From assembly GCA_964624075.1 (NCBI GenBank), contig CAZUWH010000006.1, positions 603-64,602 of the forward strand: DNA of 64,000 bases, given 5' to 3'. Positions within the stretch are counted from its first letter, which is position 1. Each line of letters starts with the position of its first letter. Of this stretch, positions 52,382 through 61,762 are shown piece after piece. The stretch comes from an uncultured Rhodobacterales bacterium (GTDB taxonomy: Bacteria > Pseudomonadota > Alphaproteobacteria > Rhodospirillales > Rhodospirillaceae). Below the pieces are notes generated by a model. The model did not search any database. It had not been told where the DNA came from and saw nothing but the letters and a program-made list of their open reading frames with translations. Both the position numbers and the translations under genes were made by a program.

Positions 52382-53569
52382 TTATCGTCCTGTGCTGCTT
52401 CTCCGCTTTGACTGGATGAGATCCAGAACCAGCCGGGCAGCCCGAAGGCTTGGTGAGGGACCACCATGGCCTAGCTGCCGCAGCGCCTTGCGGAAATCGG
52501 CCTGCTGCGCTGCCCGGATGGTCGTATCATCGAACAGCCGCTCAACCTCGGCGGCCAGCAATACAGGGCGGCATCGTTCCTGCAGAAGTTCAGGCACCAC
52601 CAGACGGTCCAGGGACAGGTTGATCAGGTTAACATACCGGACCCGGCTCAAACGGCGGAACAGCCAAGCCGAAAGTGATGCCACCCTGTATGTCACCACG
52701 GTCGGCACACCAGCTAGGGCTAGCTCCAACGCCACGGTACCCGAGGCGGCTAGTGCCACATCAGCAGCAGCGAAAGCATCGTACTTGTCTCCAAGACCGT
52801 GTACCACCGTAACTGGTACAGGCCAGTGCATCACCGCCGACGTAACCGCTTCGGCCACTGTGGCGACTGTCGGAACCACCACGTGTAGATCGGGCCGGCG
52901 GGCGGTCAGCTGCCGCACTGCTGCCTCCAGAACCGGCAGCAGCCGTCTCACTTCGCCCTGACGACTACCTGGCAGCACGCACAGCAGCGGTACCGTGGCA
53001 GCAAGGCCACAACGACGGCGGAAGGCTGCACCGTCACCCTGGTCGGCGCCGCTTTCGATGACCGGATGGCCGACACAGGTGGCCGGCACGCCCACCCGTT
53101 CGAAGTAGGGAGGTTCATGGGGAAACAAGGTCATCAGGTGATCGATCCGGCCAACTAGGTGCGCAGCCCGCCGCTCGCGCCATGCCCAGACCATGGGGGC
53201 AACATAATGAATCTGGATGATGGGAAGGTGAAGGGCGCGAATCGCCTGGTTGACCCGGCCGGTGAAGCCCCAGGAATCAATGGTGATCAACGCGGCCGGG
53301 CGATGGCGTGTGATGTCGATCACGGTCTCCCGTACCCGCCGCAGCACCCGCGGCACCCGTGGCAGTACCTCCCAGAAGCCCATGACGGCGATGTCGGATA
53401 GATCGAACAGACTGGACAGGTCCGCGCCTGCCATGTTTTCCCCACCGACTCCGGCAAAACGGACACCATTCCCTGCCTCGCGGCGCAAGGCTGCTATCAG
53501 GTATGCGCCCAGAAGATCGCCCGAAGGCTCCCCGGCGACCAGATAGATCAAAGGCGCGGTGCCGTCCAT
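52382..53569 (-). CDS. lpxB: Lipid-A-disaccharide synthase
   Basis: LIYLVAGEPSGDLLGAYLIAAL..., YVAPMVWAWR, ASGTVALELALAGVP. Start MDGTAPL at 53569. On the strand opposite to lpxD-fabZ-lpxA-lpxI. Confidence 0.9.
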   Translation of the reverse strand: MDGTAPLIYLVAGEPSGDLLGAYLIAALRREAGNGVRFAGVGGENMAGADLSSLFDLSDIAVMGFWEVLPRVPRVLRRVRETVIDITRHRPAALITIDSWGFTGRVNQAIRALHLPIIQIHYVAPMVWAWRERRAAHLVGRIDHLMTLFPHEPPYFERVGVPATCVGHPVIESGADQGDGAAFRRRCGLAATVPLLCVLPGSRQGEVRRLLPVLEAAVRQLTARRPDLHVVVPTVATVAEAVTSAVMHWPVPVTVVHGLGDKYDAFAAADVALAASGTVALELALAGVPTVVTYRVASLSAWLFRRLSRVRYVNLINLSLDRLVVPELLQERCRPVLLAAEVERLFDDTTIRAAQQADFRKALRQLGHGGPSPSLRAARLVLDLIQSKRRSSTGR

Positions 53570-53684
53570 GATGTCGTCTCGCCTGGGGCTTGAAGGAGGC
53601 AGGACTATCCTGTTCCAGGGGGAATGCCCAGACATGATACCGCCCCATCTGGGCTGACCGGGGGCGAACCAGGGCCGGGAGGTA

Positions 53685-55400
53685 TCAGCATTCGCGGCTG
53701 TTGGTTTCAGTAGACCTTGTCATGGGACCACATGTCTGCAAAGCGCACGACCCGGTTGCGGCCGCCTTCCTTGGCCTGATAAAGCGCAACGTCAGTAAAC
53801 TGACCGTCTGCCAGAAGGTGTCGCTGTCACCTGGGAAGTCAGCTAGGCCGATGGAAATGGTTTTCCGCAGCACGGTAGAACCGGTCTTGATCTCGAGCTG
53901 CCCCACCGCCAACCGAGATTTTCTCGGCCACATGATCTGCAACTTCCGCTGTTGTATCGAGAAGGATGACGAGGTCGGAGATGCGCACTGACTGGCACAA
54001 AATTCTGGCCAGGGCCTTGATCACGGCATCGCCGGCATACGGCCATAGGTGTCGTTGACCATCTTGAAGTAATCGAGATCCAACATCATTACCACAAGAT
54101 GCGTCCCGCGGCGCTGGGTGTGGGCGATCAGGGTTTCCACATATTCTTCGAGAAAACGGTGGTCATCGGATCACGGAGACTCGACTCCCGCAGTGTATCC
54201 ATCAGTTTCCTGGCCTCCAGGACAGGAGCCGTCTCTTGCAGGTAGACAGTGATATAGGGGATTCGGGCTGCGACCTCATTTTCCTTGTCAGGCGCTACGA
54301 TAAGCTGGAGGATGTTACCGACCGCACCCGATTGGATGATGGGCAAGCAGATATGGCGGCGTGCGCTCACCTCGGGCGGAAGCTGAAAGGTGTAACAGAT
54401 GCCGGGGTTCAGAACGCCATCGGCCTTATGCTCGGTGCGCCGCGCCCGGCAATCCTGGCTGTGGACTAGAATTTGCGGGTCGCACCAGCGGCAGGGCGCG
54501 TTCTGCTCGCCATCTGCGAACAGAGGCGTGATCTGATTGTTGGCCGCACCGACTTCGTAAAGGGAATAGTCCTTGATGGCAAATTCTTCTTCGAGCATGC
54601 GCACCAGACGCCGGTAGACCTCCATCCACCGTGGTCTCGTCTTCCTCGATCGCCTGCTTGAAATGAGCGGCATTGGTCATGTTTTCAACCATGTCGGTAG
54701 TCGCGTCTAGTTGATTCCCGCCCGGCACCATGGTGCGCGACATTGGTACTGATGCGGCTGAGACCACTGCCCAGAAAGGTCAGCAGACGGTTCATCCCGG
54801 CAGCGATCTGGCCCGATTTCGTCGTGGGTGGACTGGGTGATGCGCGTCTTAAAATCGCCGTGCAGGGCGCGCTCCACCACCTCCTCGACGCTGGCGGCGG
54901 TGGATGCAATCGGCCCCCGAGGGGTGCGACGCAGGAAAATGAAGGCAAAGAACGCAAAGCCGGCCATCACGGCAGCCGTTGCGGTCGCCTTCGTCCGGAG
55001 GCCGTCGATGGAAACCGATAGGGTAATCGCGCCGAGCACTGTTCCTTCCGCCACCCGGTGACAGTCCAGGTAGTTGGGCTGACCCGCAGCCGCGGGGCGA
55101 TGAAGGGAATCATGGCCTGCATCAGTGTGTGCTCCCTTCTGCCGTATGGAGCACCTCGCAGCGCGCCGTACCATTTTCCAAAACACCATTTCTCGATCGG
55201 GTCCCTGGCCACCTCCTGCTCAAGGCCCTAGCCGAACTGCTGGCTCACCACCGGAAGCGCGGACGACCCGGGCCGATGTCAGTTGCCGTGCGAATGTGTT
55301 CAGAGGAAGAGATGATGAAAAAATTGCGAAATGCATACAGGCTTATGACAAGCTTCTCATTTTCTGCCTGAAACGCTCCCCCCAGACAACTGGAAAAGAG
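53685..55400 (-). pseudogene. Sensor diguanylate cyclase (Cache-TM-HAMP-GAF-like-GGDEF), decayed
   Basis: Fragments in several frames: NYLDCHRVAEGTVLGAITLSVSIDGL, THDEIGQIAAGMNRLL-type HAMP, LMDTLRESSLRDPMTT, LDLDYFKMVNDTYG, AGDAVIKALARIL, TISIGLADFPGD, ADVALYQAKEGGRNRV. VRISDLV is followed directly by ILLDTT, so the GGDEF motif is absent. 5' limit is uncertain. Confidence 0.75.
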
Positions 55401-55476
55401 GTACCTACAAAATTACAGTGACAGCGACCCCTGGCTCGCTCTTGCGTGTCCTTCGCATGGGGGAAAAACTGCAGCA

Positions 55477-55518
55477 GCCCTTAGCTTTTGCGCCATTCGG
55501 CGCGCCACGGCGGCGGGC
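55477..55518. repeat. Intergenic repeat, copy B (partial)
   Basis: Reverse complement GCCCGCCGCCGTGGCGCGCCGAATGGCGCAAAAGCTAAGGGC matches the 5' part of copy C. An 11-bp-stem hairpin, TATCCCGAGCG...CGCTCGGGATA, lies at 55530-55560. Confidence 0.6.
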
Positions 55519-55635
55519 ACTTGAACGCGTATCCCGAGCGCCAACGCCGCGCTCGGGATAGATCAACGCTTGCTAGCATCACACGCTGTAGAACCTGATA
55601 TGCAGACAGCAAGTTCTGGTATTGGGTAGAAAAGA

Positions 55636-55711
55636 TGGTGCCCCCTAGGGGATTCGAACCCCTGTTACCGCCGTGAGAGGGCGATGTCCTGGGCCTCTAG
55701 ACGAAGGGGAC
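55636..55711 (-). tRNA. tRNA-Glu (anticodon CUC), CCA encoded
   Basis: Reverse complement GTCCCCTTCGTCTAGAGGCCCAGGACATCGCCCTCTCACGGCGGTAACAGGGGTTCGAATCCCCTAGGGGGCACCA. Folds as a cloverleaf with a 7-bp acceptor stem, GGTTCGAATCC T-loop and anticodon loop CTCTCAC. Near-identical scaffold to E. coli tRNA-Glu. Confidence 0.93.
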
Positions 55712-55744
55712 CTGCGTTTTTCCCAGCGAAATATTCTAGCTTCA

Positions 55745-55774
55745 TCTATAGCTAATCCTCTCTTCTTCTGACAA
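55745..55774 (-). promoter_or_regulatory. Candidate promoter for tRNA-Glu
   Basis: Minus strand TTGTCA, 18 nt, TATAGA, about 30 nt upstream of the mature 5' end, with an A-rich tract upstream. Confidence 0.35.
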
Positions 55775-56037
55775 GCTTTTTTATCAGGAGAATCGAGGGA
55801 GCGAGCGCGTCGCACTTCAGACCAGGGGTGGCCCCTGTGCAGATGGTCCGGACCGTCGCTCCCCCGTGTTCCTGCGCGTCTCTAGAAAGGAGCGTCCGGT
55901 CGTGTCGATGCACGCACCCGCATGGGCAAAACAGACGAACAAAAGCATTCCTGTTCTGGCTTGCCAAAATCGATTAAGATCACGAGAAGAATGTCAGGAG
56001 AGCATATCGACCATAAGGGAGTCTACCTATAAAGAAG

Positions 56038-56381
56038 TGCAGGGTTTCGTACTTGCCGCCTGTCTTGGCTGGATAGCCTCCTGGGCGGGGTTGGACCAGT
56101 TCGTCTATCTGAATAGTAACAGATTGGCGACACACTACACGGAAGCGGTAAGGCAGCAAATAAGCGCCTGCAGGGGCAGTTTCAAGGAACGTTATGACTG
56201 CAGGGAGGGAATCATTCTCGAAGGCAATCGCAGCACCTTTCTTAATATGATCGTGCTCTTTGTGATTGTGTTTGGCCCACCCATTGGGCTTGGCATTGTC
56301 TACAGTCTTTTCACGCCTGTGACGCCGTCGCCCTCCCCTTCCCGCGGTTCAGGGTATGATGGAAGAGGAAGATCCCGATGA
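56038..56381 (+). CDS. Hypothetical small membrane protein (two predicted TM segments)
   Basis: Within ORF 55866..56381. Hydrophobic segments FVLAACLGWIASWAGL and MIVLFVIVFGPPIGLGIVYSLF. Start uncertain (GTG 56038 chosen); no family recognised. Confidence 0.35.
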
Positions 56382-56448
56382 GCTGCGTCAGACGCGCAGG
56401 ACTCTGCGCCATCGCAGATGAAAAAGATGCGGGGAAAGCCCGCGTAAG

Positions 56449-57963
56449 TCAACGCCAGATGGACCTGCCTGTTCCGGGCAGGCCATAAGAAGGCCATTTG
56501 TGCGTAACCATCTCGACCACCGCTTCGGCCATGTGAATCTTCTCCCCCCAGGCGCGATGTGTTTCCGGCGGCCATTTGTTGGTCGCATCGAGTCCGAGCT
56601 TGCCTCCCAGACCCGATTCGGGTGAAGCGAAATCCAGATAGTCAATCGGTGTGCGTTCGATCACGGTGAGGTCGCGGACTGGATCCATGCGGGTAGCGAT
56701 GGCCCACATGACATCCTTCCAGTTACGCGCATCGATATCATCATCGACGATGATGACGAACTTGGTATACATGAACTGGCGCAGGAACGACCAGACTCCC
56801 ATCATGATCCGCTTGGCATGGCCGGGATAGGCTTTGCGCATGCTGACGACGGCAATGCGGTAACTGCATCCTTCCGGAGGCAACCAGAAATCGACGATTT
56901 CCGGGAATTGCTGGACCAACAGAGGAATGAAGACCTCATTCAAGGCTTCGCCCAGCACGCTGGGTTCATCGGGAGGACGGCCGGTGAAGGTGGAAAGATA
57001 AATAGCATCCCGACGATGGGTGATGGCAGACAGCCGGAAGACCGGAAAAGGCTCCACAGCGTTGTAATAACCGGTGTGATCGCCGTAAGGACCTTCTTCC
57101 GCCTCCTCATCAGGCATCACGTGACCTTCCAGAACGACCTCGGCCTCGGCCGGTACCTTCAACGGCACCGTCCGGCATTCGACCAGTTCCACCTTCTGCC
57201 TGCGCAACAATCCTGCGAACTGATATTCGGACAGGGTATCCGGTACCGGGGTCACCGCTGCGAGCAAGGTGCCTGGATCAGTCCCGATGACTACGGCAAC
57301 CGGAAACGGTCTGCGCTCCTTCTCCTGCCAGCGCCGGAACTGCTGGGCCCCGCCGCGATGCCTGAGCCAGCGCATCAAGGTCGTGTCCCGGCCGGTCACC
57401 TGCATGCGATAGATACCGAGGTTGAAGCCATCCGCCCGGTTGCCAGCCGGATCGGGGCCTTGCGTCACCACCATGCCCCATGTGATCAGCGGGGCCGGCT
57501 CTCCCGGCCAGCATGACTGAATCGGCAGCCGGAATAGGTCGATGTCGGCGCCCTGCAAGACCACTTCCTGACAGGGCGCCCGGGACACCGTTTTCGGCTT
57601 CATGGCCAGCACGGTTCTGAGCAGGGGCACTAGCGCCAGGGCCTCGCGCAAGCCGCCAGGCGGCTTCGGCTGCTTGAGGAAGGCAAGCGTTTCGCCCACG
57701 GCCCGCAATTGATCCGGCGTGCGGTCCATGCCCCATGCCACCCGCTCCACTGTGCCGAACAGGTTGACGAGCACCGGGAAGGCATAGCGGTGACCATCCT
57801 CCTTCACCACGTTTTCGAACAGCACGGCCGGTCCATTTTCGGCCAGAAGACGGGTCTGGATTTCGGTCATTTCCAGAAAGGGTGAGACGGGAACCGAAAC
57901 GCAGACCAGTTGGCCCTTCTGTTCCAGGACGGCCACGAAATCGCGCAACGAACTACAGACCAT
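56449..57963 (-). CDS. ubiD: UbiD-family decarboxylase (4-hydroxy-3-polyprenylbenzoate decarboxylase)
   Basis: [15 protein letters not shown]..., [40 protein letters not shown]. Confidence 0.9.
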   Translation of the reverse strand: MVCSSLRDFVAVLEQKGQLVCVSVPVSPFLEMTEIQTRLLAENGPAVLFENVVKEDGHRYAFPVLVNLFGTVERVAWGMDRTPDQLRAVGETLAFLKQPKPPGGLREALALVPLLRTVLAMKPKTVSRAPCQEVVLQGADIDLFRLPIQSCWPGEPAPLITWGMVVTQGPDPAGNRADGFNLGIYRMQVTGRDTTLMRWLRHRGGAQQFRRWQEKERRPFPVAVVIGTDPGTLLAAVTPVPDTLSEYQFAGLLRRQKVELVECRTVPLKVPAEAEVVLEGHVMPDEEAEEGPYGDHTGYYNAVEPFPVFRLSAITHRRDAIYLSTFTGRPPDEPSVLGEALNEVFIPLLVQQFPEIVDFWLPPEGCSYRIAVVSMRKAYPGHAKRIMMGVWSFLRQFMYTKFVIIVDDDIDARNWKDVMWAIATRMDPVRDLTVIERTPIDYLDFASPESGLGGKLGLDATNKWPPETHRAWGEKIHMAEAVVEMVTHKWPSYGLPGTGRSIWR

Positions 57964-58281
57964 GGGAATTCCGCCGGGCTTCCTCAACGCTGTCAGGCAC
58001 AGGCGACACCAACCCCTCATTCTCGCCACTTCGAGAATGAACAAACGAGAAGTGACGGCAGAAGCGCCGTTCTTTGGAAAATACTTCCCCTTCTGCCTGT
58101 TCTTCAAGAACAAAGGCATCGATCATGCGTAATAATGAGGCGCATGGACCAGGCCTGGACGGAATAGCGACCAAGGTAGGGTCTCATTGCGTCGGCAGGA
58201 AAATCCACGACACGCGGATCTCATGTGTAATTCTGAAAGAGTGGAACGCAACACATGAAGATCGCGTGTCGTGGTGCAGGG

Positions 58282-59567
58282 TCAGAACGTGTACCCTAGA
58301 TTCCCTTTGACACCACGGAAGCTGCTCCCAAGCCCGTCAGTGTAGGTGATACCCAGGCGCAGGTCTTGAACCGCCCGGTAGGACAGACTGAGCCCGCAGG
58401 CCAAGGGTCACATCCAGGTACTGATTCACGGATATGGCATCACCGAAAAAGGCGGTATGAGCGGCGTTGAATTCCCATGCTACTGGCATGTCCATTATGC
58501 TGAATCCGGGCGGTCCTTCGGCGCCGACCCCGTTCTTAATCACCTGGTTGGCCAGGTCGTAGTCAATTGAATACCCGCCGATACTGATGCCTTCGGTCTT
58601 ATAGTAACTCTCTATGTTCGTAATACTGAATTCATAGTCGTCCTTGGGGATTATATAGTGGCTGGTAAGAAACCCGCAATAGATGATTGCTGCCGATCTA
58701 AGATCAACCGATCCCGCGCCGCCAGCCCTGATTCCGGAGGTAAGCGACCATGAGTCCATGACGGGAAAGATGTAGCGCCAGCCCCAGAGAACCACTGTAG
58801 GCGTTGGCTGACGCGGTCTGCGTCAAGGCGAGCGGTATATCGATCGTCAAAGCGTACCGGGGTCCTTGGAGAAAATCGTGTACCCAAGGGGCAGCGTGTA
58901 AACATTCTGGCTGAATCCATCTGCCGAATACCGGCTGAACCGTGCCCCGAGGAGAATCTGGTTGGCGACAATCGTACTTGGCTGCCGCAGTTCCCGAGGC
59001 GGCACTGGTAGCCCGGGCGTTGTCAAAATCTGCAGCCCCTATCATCGCCATCAGGCTGTTTGGATTGCCGGCAATGGAATCGATCGAGGTGGAACCAACT
59101 GCTTCCCTGAGTAGCCTCTGCAAAATGCCGCCCCCGTTTTTCTTCAAGTAATCTTCGAACATGGCTTGAGTTTTATCTCGGGTAGCACCAGTGAAATCAG
59201 GATCAGTCCCGAGCCTAGCCACCATGAAGTTGAGTGTTATTGAATCAGCCTCGTAGGATACAGTGGCGGGAACTTCGCGAATCGACAGGATCGCGGTGGC
59301 TGCGGACGTAAGTCCATAGCTTAAAACAAGCCCCTTGGAACCATTACTGTCAAGCGCATTTATCATGTCTTCGATGCGGCTGTAACCCGCGTGAGCCGAC
59401 TGGGGGCCCATGACAGCGTCAATCGTGAAGATGTCCTTTGCCGTGCTACTTTCAGGGTACAGCGCATAGAGCAGGGCCATACCGGCAACCAACAAAGATC
59501 GACACCTGCGTCAGCGGACGCCAGCCATGAGTGATAACGTTGCTGCAACTTGTTCTATATTCATCAT
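58282..59567 (-). pseudogene. Outer-membrane beta-barrel protein (family not recognised), decayed
   Basis: RBS AAGGGA plus ATGATGAAT start. Signal-like MNIEQVAATLSLMAGVR is interrupted by in-frame TGA and then continues LLVAGMALLYALYPESSTA. At least two further frame changes (near 58770 and 58370). The terminal strand LRLGITYTDGLGSSFRGVKGNLGYTF-stop reads only in a third frame. Confidence 0.65.
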
Positions 59568-59717
59568 TCATCCCTTCTGAAAAAGTTGTACATTTGCACC
59601 TCCTGTCCAAAGGACATGGGTGTACCCCCGTCTAAGGCCACAAGTTATAAATATCAAGGCAGTACGGACGTTCTGGTATGGCAGTTGCGCGGTAACCAGA
59701 CACATCCCCCCTCTGTC

Positions 59718-59759
59718 ATTCCCGCGAAGCTCGTCCAAGCGAAAGCGGAGAGCGGGAAT
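59718..59759. repeat. REP-like palindrome (ATTCCCGC...GCGGGAAT)
   Basis: 8-bp inverted repeat. Sequence type GTCATTCCCGCGAA...GCGGGAATCC recalls widespread palindromic intergenic repeats (recognition from memory). Confidence 0.5.
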
Positions 59760-60264
59760 CCATGGCTGGACGATGCAGCATATTGTGGTTTAGTAACGCG
59801 CCCGCCAAAACATTTACCAAAGATTGTTCTTTTGTGACGGAAGTAAGCTGATTGCGCGAGGATGGATGTGAGCGGTTACGTCGCGCGGATAGCAATCTTG
59901 CCATATGTTCCTGACATGGCTGTGACACCGAGACACTGCGCAATGGCCTACGATTTTGACCTAGAGGGGAAACAATATAGGGTTCTATACTCTTGAAAAG
60001 AGTTATGGCGCAGCCTTAATGCATGCCAAAGTCAGAGCGATCGGGTGAAGAGGGGGGGCCCTAACAGCCCAATTTCGTCATACGCGGACTTGGAGGAGCG
60101 TTTTCCCTGGCAATACACGCATTCAGACTTGCGGTTGGACGCGTCTGAAAGCCCTCTCCGCCGGGTCTGGAAAGGGCTTTTTGCAGGAGAGTCCGCTGAT
60201 ACGAATTGATATTGATAATGAATCCTATCCTATAATGAGAACGCCAGCGGCGTTGAAACGAGGG

Positions 60265-60293
60265 TTGACGTCATCCCCCAATCGTCTTAATAA
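60265..60293 (+). promoter_or_regulatory. Sigma70-like promoter candidate for rpsT
   Basis: TTGACG (60265-60270), 17-nt spacer, TAATAA (60288-60293), about 55 nt before the ATG. Confidence 0.45.
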
Positions 60294-60347
60294 TATGGTT
60301 TCCATGGTTCGTAATATTCGCAATACAAGGATCGACAAGGGTTCTCG

Positions 60348-60620
60348 ATGGCCAATCATCCATCTGCAAAAAAGCGTATCCGCCGCAACGGCCGTCGTGC
60401 CATGATCAACCGCATGCGGGTCAGTCGCATCCGTACGTCCGTGCGCAAGGTTGAAACAGCCGTTGCCGCTGGTGACAAGGTGCAAGCCGAAGCGGCTTTC
60501 GCCGCAGCGGTTCCTGAACTCATGCGTGGCATCAACAAGGGTGTCATCCACCGCAACAAGGCCGCACGCAAGGTTTCCCGCCTGTCCGCTCGTGTCAAAT
60601 CCCTGAGAGCGGGCCTTTGA
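60348..60620 (+). CDS. rpsT: 30S ribosomal protein S20
   Basis: [30 protein letters not shown]...[16 protein letters not shown]. Confidence 0.95.
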   Translation: MANHPSAKKRIRRNGRRAMINRMRVSRIRTSVRKVETAVAAGDKVQAEAAFAAAVPELMRGINKGVIHRNKAARKVSRLSARVKSLRAGL

Positions 60621-60684
60621 AGTGTCCGTCTGGAGGCGTATTGTTATTTTTCAATGCTTTGGCCGGCGCCCTCGCGAAGCCTGT

Positions 60685-60795
60685 CCCCGCGAGAGCGGGG
60701 AGCCGGGGGTCCGGGAGCGGTTTGTTGTGCCGGGATCCTCATGGAGTCCCGCCCCCGTTTGCGCGAGGGCAAGCCTTTGTGGGAATGACGGCGTG
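60685..60795. repeat. REP-like GC palindromes downstream of rpsT
   Basis: CCCCGC-GAGA-GCGGGG (60685-60700) and a GGGAATGACGGCG-type element at 60781-60793. Confidence 0.45.
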
Positions 60796-61762
60796 TTTCT
60801 TTAGCGTATTGAAAACACTCATTATGTTTTCTGGCAGTCCTCTGAAAGATATAGTGATGGCGCGTGCAGCAATCCGGTTTCGAGGTGACAGACGATGCTG
60901 CAGGAGGGGGTGACGTATGAACGTGAGCGGGAGAATGCCTGCCCGCTCCCTCCTTTAAGGATTGCCCTGTGCACAGATCCTTGACAGTCCGGGGTGTACT
61001 GCTGGTATGTGCGTTCCTTTCGGGAGGATCATGCACTTTCCAGGAAGTTCCTGGAAGGAGAAGGGGTTTTGCCTGCATTCCTGGGAGGACTGGTCTCTTG
61101 TCCGCCAGTTCGCGGGCAAAAGGTGTGCACTCCAGAAAAAGTGATCCAACCTGGTTGCATCCCGCTCCGGAATGGCAGGAAACGGCTCGGCCCTGAACTT
61201 CAGAAATTTTCAAACCGGCGTTGTCTGGAGAAAGGGGGTCTCCCTTGCTTTGCGGTCTCTCTCATTCATCGTTTGCCATTTGCGGGGTGCGTTGCAGGGA
61301 GATCAGGTATTCTTCGGGATTTGCAAAGAACCGCCTTGTCGGCATGCATTGATTCACCTTCTGCGTCAATACCCGAACTGGTCATCCGTCGCAAGATCAT
61401 CTTGCTTTCAGCAGAATCAGCCGGTAGAGTCCAATGATAATGGATGTTTTCCCCTATAACTTGTGACTAGAAATGCCGTCCACCATGGGAAGGATGATTC
61501 CAAGGGGTGGTGGTTATGTTTGTTTGTCGCAGCGAGGGATTGGCGGGGGCAGGATCGTTTGCATCTTTGCGCCAGCGTGGTCTTCAGGGCAGTGTACATG
61601 CCGCAGCAGACCCGTAGTAAAGTAAACTGCCGTTGCGTGAGCGGGAAGGCTCATTTTCATTGTGCCTGGTCATCCACGGACAGGTCAGCGCAGTTTGATG
61701 CCAGGGGGGGCTATTGGCCTATCGTGGCTTTGGGAAAAGCGGCTCCGCGGGCAAGGTGGCTG

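Noticed and set aside
51600-53690. Inverted repeats flanking the inverted lpxB segment (GTCAGCCC...GATGG on the left versus its complement near 53640).
   Set aside because: Only an 8-mer plus a few scattered matches. This is not distinguishable from chance, so no recombination-site claim is made.
778-59520. In-frame TGA/TAG codons as evidence for an alternative genetic code or selenocysteine.
   Set aside because: The interrupted positions correspond to Gly/Glu/Trp and other residues in orthologous motifs, not consistently Trp. Both TGA and TAG occur. Intact genes (lpxI, GT39, nuoL and others) terminate normally at TGA. No SECIS-like context was seen.
59950-60010. GGGTTCTATACTCTTGA resembles GGGTCTTATACTCTTGA in repeat copy A (7709-7725): a possible fourth copy.
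   Set aside because: Only a 17/19 match with no flanking collinearity. By my rough estimate, matches of this quality are expected by chance many times in a 64 kb two-strand self-comparison.
60644-61437. ORFs 60644-61213 (minus, 189 aa) and 60994-61437 (plus, 147 aa) upstream of dnaA.
   Set aside because: They overlap each other on opposite strands and run through REP-like palindromes. Composition is biased (Pro/Arg/Ser/Gly) and I recognise no family.
60621-61762. Possible chromosomal origin (oriC) in the rpsT-dnaA spacer.
   Set aside because: No cluster of consensus DnaA boxes (only 2-mismatch 9-mers) and no AT-rich unwinding element. In many alphaproteobacteria the origin is near hemE rather than next to dnaA. 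Kept only as a regulatory-region observation.
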